Positions 33,593 to 38,725 of a stretch of 38,725 bases of DNA are shown here, in pieces. Under the pieces are notes generated by a model. The model was not told the DNA's origin. It searched no databases and worked only from the letters and a program-made list of their open reading frames with translations. Numbering within the stretch: position 1 is the stretch's first letter; each line of letters begins with the position of its first letter. Source of the stretch: Basidiobolus meristosporus CBS 931.73 (taxonomy: Eukaryota; Fungi; Basidiobolomycota); the NCBI GenBank assembly GCA_002104905.1, contig MCFE01000760.1, positions 1 through 38,725 of the forward strand. Direction: 5' to 3'. A program made the position numbers and the translations under genes.

Positions 33593-36500
33593 CTAATCTT
33601 GATGTGCAAAATTCCTATGCTTGAATAACTTAAGTCGATTTCCAGCAACTGGTGCTCTCAACTGGGTGTTGTCAAGCTCAGATATGTAATAACTTCCATT
33701 TCCAATCACTTTGGAAATGAGGTAGGGGCCAGTCCATTTGTTGTCAAACTTCCAACTCCATTGCTTGTCCAAGGTAGAATTGTAGAGTAATACTGGGTCT
33801 CCTAGTGATAGTGGTTTTGGTCTTGTTGGGTGTGATTTGTCAAAGGGCACCTTGTTCTTTAGTTGTGTGTCCTTAAGTTGTTCAGCAGCTCTGCTAATAT
33901 TCAAGTCATGGTGATCAAGTTGCTGTATGCAAGTTGCAAGGAGGTCTTCAGTCTGCATATCAGATCTCCAATTCAATGAGTTCCAAGTGACTGTGTTTAA
34001 CTCAACTGGTAGTATGCAGTCATGTCCATAGAGTAGCTTGAATGGCGATAATCCAGTTGTTCTCTTGGTTGTAATTCTATCTGCCCAGAGTGCAAGATGT
34101 AATTGCTGTGGCCACAGTGTTGTGTTATTCTCACAGGCCTTGACAAGAGAGTTCACCAATGGTCCATGTCCTCTCTCTATCATTCCATTGGCTTGAGGGT
34201 GGTAAGCTGTTGTGAAAGCTATGTGTATCTTGTACTTTGAGCACAACTCCCGGATCATTTGGGATGTCATCTCTCCTCTGTCAGCAACAAACTGTTGGAT
34301 GCAGCCAAATCTGCAGATGATGTCTTCAAGTATAAATCTCCATATGGTATGGCTCTTGTTGTTGGGCAAGGCTTGAGCCTCTGCCCATCCACTAAGGTCA
34401 TCTCTAGCAACAATCAGGTACTTTTTTGATCCAGCTGTTGGCATGTGGACAAGGTCAATACCAACCTTTTGCCATAGACAGATTGTGTATGTAGGATGCA
34501 GTGGTTCTTCATAAAGCTTGGAGGATCTCTTCTGGCAGGCTACACATGACTCAACAAAGTGTTGAATATCATAGTACATGTTTTCCCAGTAGTACCTCTG
34601 AGCTGTGGTATAGTAGGTGGCTTCTTGTCCTCTATGTCCTCCTGGTTCTCCTTGGTGGATACTTGTCATGATGTTCAGTTGTTCTTGAGGGGTAGTGACT
34701 ACTCTTCTTGGCATAAGTCCAGGCTTCACTCGCTTAAAGAGAAGATCATCTTTAAGATAGTAGTGGTGTGCCTTCTTCCTGAGTTTTCCAAACTCCTGAT
34801 TATCCATCCAACTAGGTTTCTTAATTGTCCTTAGATATTCCTTGATCAGACTCCAGGTAGTTCTCTCTTGGTCTTTGATGGCAATCTGTCAGATCTCTGC
34901 ATCAATAATATCATCAAAGTGAGGGTCCAAGTCTTCAAATAATTGTGGTCCCTTCCTGGAGAGTGCATCAGCCACAACATTTGTTTTGCCAGGGATATGT
35001 CTGACCTCAAAGTCAAACATTTTCAGCCATGCCATCCATTGGTTTATGGCATCATCAGGTAGGTCAGGCTTGTTGATCATTCCTATAAGTGGCTTGGCAT
35101 CTGTCTCCAGGATAAAATGTGTGATGTAGAGTTGTGACTTCAGTTTCCTCAGCATCTTCACAACTCCTAGTAGTTCTCTCTTAATCTGTGAGTATCTTTG
35201 CTCTCTAGGAGAGAATAGGCAGCTCTCATATCTGCAGGCATACCGGTTGCCATCTTCATCATCTTGTCCAAGTAGTGCTCCAGCTCCTATAGGGCTTGCA
35301 TCCACTGTCAAAATAGGTGGGCATTTTGTGTTTTGATAGTCAAGAGGTCTTAGAGCTGGTGGAGATACTAAGGCCTCTTTCAGTAATTGCATGGCTTCTT
35401 CTTGCTCTTCTCCCCAGATAAATGGGGTATTCTTTCTCTGTAGTCGGTAGATTGGTTCTGCTATCTCAGAAAATCTTGGGATCCAGATCCTAAAGAAGCC
35501 ACAAGCTGCCACAAAGCCACAAGCTTGTGTTAGATTTGTGGGGGTAGGCCAGTTGCATATCTTTTGTGTCTTGGAATCTCCAGGTGAGCGACCAAAGGTA
35601 TTGCATTTTTGTCCAACAATTGATATCTCTGATACACCAAAGCTGCTTTTCTCACCACTGATGGTGAGTCCAGCTTCTTCAATGGCTCCTAATATGGCAT
35701 CATTGTCTGAAATATGATCATAGACAAACTTTCTGACTCCAGGCATGACTTCAGTGGTGTCCCGGGTTTTTGGTCCTTTGATGCCTATGTCATCAACAAA
35801 GACAGCAAGTTTCTCAGGTATAAACTGGTATAGCACATTCACCATGCATCTCTAGAACTGAGCCACGGAGTTTGTAGCCCCTTGGCTGAGTCTTGTCATC
35901 CTTAATAGTCCAAATGGTGTCTGTAGTGCAAACATATCTCTTGATGTCTCATCAAGGGGAATCTGGTCATATCCTGAGTAGAGATTGTATGTTGAGTAGA
36001 TGGAGTGGCCACTAAAGCTTTCTGCAAAGTCATCAATAGATGGAGGTATAGCAGCATCTCTGATAGTGACAGCATTTGCAGGTTGCATGTCTTGAATGAA
36101 TTGGAGCTTTCCATTCTTCTTTTTGGTCACAAACCATCTGTTAGCATAGGGTCCATGGCAAGGTTCTAGGATACCAGCTTCTATCTTCTTCTTAAGTAGG
36201 TCATGCACATCAGCTTGGAGTCCTCTGGGCAGTGGGTAAGGCTTAAATGACCAGGGTGTGTGGGGCACTGTATGAATCTTGATGGGTTTTTCAACCAATG
36301 TCCTTAAGAGTCCCATCTCCTTGTCATTATATGAGAAGACCTTATCATGCCTTTTCAAGGTCTCCTTGAATAATAGTATCTCCTCTGGTGTAAGGTTTCC
36401 ATCACCAATGATAAGTTGCTTAAGTCTCTCAGGTGTAAGTCATGTATCATCTGGTGTTTCTTCTGGTGGTCTAATGTAATCAGCAGGTCAGGATCCATCA

Positions 36501-37258
36501 GTCAAAGGTGTAAGTGATGGTCTAATCTTCTGTTCTACTGTCTTGTATTTTGTCCAAACCATAGCAGTCTGCTCCTGTATACCTAATGAGCAGCTCCAAA
36601 TGTTGGGGTGTATATTGTCAGGCTCCTCATCTTCTTCCATAATAAGATGTGTCTTCTGGCAAGCAGTATGTGTCCTCTTATTGTTGGGTGTTACACCACA
36701 GAAGGTTGACTGTAGTCCTGGGTTGGATCCTTGTATGGTGTACCATACTGACCCATCGGAATAGTTGGTAGTTGTAGCCTTAGTACTGGTTTCCCATGGT
36801 CTACCTAGCAGAAGGTCAAAGTTTGCCTTCTGGCAGATGAAGAGGGGAAGCCAGACCTTGATTCCTTGTACCTCAATAGGGAACTTGTGCACTACACCGT
36901 AGAGTGGACTAGATCCTGAGTTTGCATCAGTCATGTTCCATCCAATATCTCTATCAACAGGCAGTAGCTCCTTGCTTCTAAGTGTCTTCCAGAAGTCTAG
37001 CGGCATAACACAAATCTCTGAGCCACTGTCAATATGGCAGTCAACAGGGTCATCATATATATATCCTTTCACCACAGCAGTTGCAACTGAGTAAAAGGTC
37101 TTATACTCAGTAGTGTTGTCATCTTTTTGGTGGTCTTCATGGTTTGTCTGAATTATATGGGTGTCCATATGTTCAACAGCTTGTTGTCTTGTTCTAAGCT
37201 GCTCATCAAAGGTCTTCCTAACAGATGGGGATACACTCATGATTTCTCCAACCAACAA
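33593..37258 (-). pseudogene. gypsy A pol: aspartic protease, RT, RNase H and integrase in one frame with in-frame stops
   Basis: Protease HIDSGSEICVM; RT YSGYDQIPL..QGATNS..VFVDD; RNase H LTVDAS..Q.KREL..TDAKPL..VADALSR; integrase H-x6-H..C-x2-C, GIDLV, VADRG, YHPQANGMIERGH; GPY/F module KWTGPY. Confidence 0.93.
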
Positions 37259-38449
37259 AGTGAGGTTCTGCTTTCAGCAGCTTCTCAGTAATCAGTTGAG
37301 GGCTTGAGTAGCTTGCTATCTTTGAGGTCATCTGAAAGTGAGGCAATGGATCTTGGGTGGGCAGCATACTAGGCCTCTTGTCAATAACAACTTCAGGTTC
37401 TTCAAATTGTGGTCTTCTAAGGATGGGTTTGGCAGGTTCTTCAGGGAGGTGTCTTTTGGTAGCAAAGGCATCAACTTCATATTGTCTGTTGTCAGGGCTG
37501 CTTGGATTCACTTTATGAGTCCCAATAGGGGCATCAACAGTAATCTTTCTGGTTGCTGAGTCAGATTTCTGGAAAAGGGCTCTCATCCCTCCTCTTTGGA
37601 AATTAGTGGGAATCCTTCTTCCTTCCTTGTCAGCAAGCATTCCATCAGCATCAAACTGTACTGCTCCTTCTCTGAGTAGCTGACTAAGCTCTGAGCATTC
37701 TCTGTCTGGCATGCTGAGTAGAGTCACACCAGATGCAGTGCCTTGGGCAAAGGTCTTTGTCCCTCAGTAGCAACCTCAGCTGAGCCATTAATCTTGAGGG
37801 CTAGCTTCTGTAGCTGTTCAGCAAGTTGGTCAATTCTGTCGGTAGTGTAGGTCTGATTGTCAGCAGCAGCACTCCTTGGCTCCTTGGTTGACTGGTCTGG
37901 CAGATTAGATGTCAGGAGTCTCATAAAGGTAGAAGTTTGCTTTGCCTCTAGGAGAACACGTTTCATCTCTGCAAAGCAAGGAATGCCAGACTTGTCATCC
38001 TTGGCTGCATGTAAGTCAACTTTCCTTGCCAAGTCCTGGGGAAGCCCTTGTGCAAGGTAAAGTGTCATGGTAAACTCAGTTATAGCCTGGGACTCTAGGA
38101 GTGGCTTGGCCATATCTTCATACTGTTGAATGAACTCTTCAAGTGGTAGCTTGGAAAGTCCAGTTCTTCCAAAGTGCCTGAGGTCTTCAATTCCATAGTA
38201 TATCTGGGGTCTACCATACTTGGTCTGTAGGTAGGTCTTCATTAAGGCCCAGTCAGTGAGAATGTCTCCTTGTCTGAGAAGCTTAGTGGTAATATCATTG
38301 GTGCAGTAGTAGGGGAAGTCTTCAGCCATTTCTTGTTCAGATAGGCTGCACATCTTGCAGAGCTTCTCCCATTTGAATATGAAGCTTTCCACATTCTTTC
38401 CATCAAACTGTGGGGCTCCATGTGAGAGTGGTAATGGCATAGAGTTCAT
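37218..38449 (-). pseudogene. gypsy A gag with zinc knuckle, frameshifted
   Basis: PQFDGKNVESFIFKWE... (37724-38449); CIWCDSTQHAR..C knuckle near 37700-37740 in a shifted frame; ORF 37218-37727 continues. Confidence 0.85.
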
Positions 38450-38567
38450 TTTGGGCAGGTAGGTTGGTGTTGTAATCTTGGTAATATTGGTAGTCTCTTT
38501 TCAATAGGTGGATAACAGCTCAAATCTTCAGGTAAATCTTGTTGGGTCCTAGGGAGCTTGTATGAAC

Positions 38568-38585
38568 CCCCCACGTTGGGTGCCA
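38568..38585 (-). promoter_or_regulatory. Primer-binding site, tRNA-Lys(CUU)-like
   Basis: TGGCACCCAACGTGGGGG, 4 nt after the LTR end; one CpG-type change from the Lys1,2-type TGGCGCCCAACGTGGGG. Confidence 0.8.
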
Positions 38586-38589
38586 AATA

Positions 38590-38725
38590 TGTGGTGGTGT
38601 ATAAGTCCAAGGGAGAGATACGTCCAACACTTCTCAAGTGTTTTGTGTGTGGGGTGTTCACTGGGTGCAATAACCTCTGGCAAAAGCTTGCTAGGAATAC
38701 TTGGGTTCTGTCTCTAATCTAATGT
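38590..38725 (-). repeat. 3' tail of the 5' LTR of gypsy A
   Basis: Identical to 32483-32618. Confidence 0.95.

Larger units (their letters stand above)
32483..38725 (-). mobile_element. Near-complete Ty3/gypsy LTR retrotransposon (family A, Ylt1-like lineage); 5' LTR runs off the window
   Basis: 3' LTR 32483-33553; 5' LTR tail 38590-38725 identical over 136 bp; PPT; PBS; domain order gag-PR-RT-RH-INT. The lineage call rests on motif recall (FVDD, HTPW..KP.PLP, YANRWF). Confidence 0.95.

Overview
This is eukaryotic, probably fungal, DNA made up almost entirely of nested and decayed transposable elements. I found no host gene, RNA gene or CRISPR array. Recognisable elements: (1) a young full-length Ty1/copia element (7701-12386; LTRs 366/369 identical; GTTTG TSD; half-tRNA-iMet PBS; one frame with 4 stops) and an older three-LTR composite of the same family (2302-6633); (2) a large Ylt1-like Ty3/gypsy element (32483 to window end; 1071-bp LTR; Lys-type PBS) inserted in a CACTA-like transposase, plus a solo LTR of it (22433-26925) split by a 3.4-kb PIF/Harbinger-superfamily (PHIS) transposon with a 3-bp AAT TSD; (3) three copies of a CACTA/EnSpm-like family with CCCT termini, one complete copy (17127-21916) nested in the second ORF of another; (4) a 734-bp foldback MITE sharing the PHIS terminus; (5) remnants of at least two more gypsy families. 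CpG is strongly depleted, and TCG/CGA is almost absent among surviving CpGs in the older DNA transposons, which suggests a context-biased genome-defence process. The best candidates for something undescribed are the two DNA-transposon families, each with an uncharacterised divergent second ORF, the foldback partner with mosaic arm identity, and the mutation signature. All alignments and counts were done by eye and need computational confirmation.
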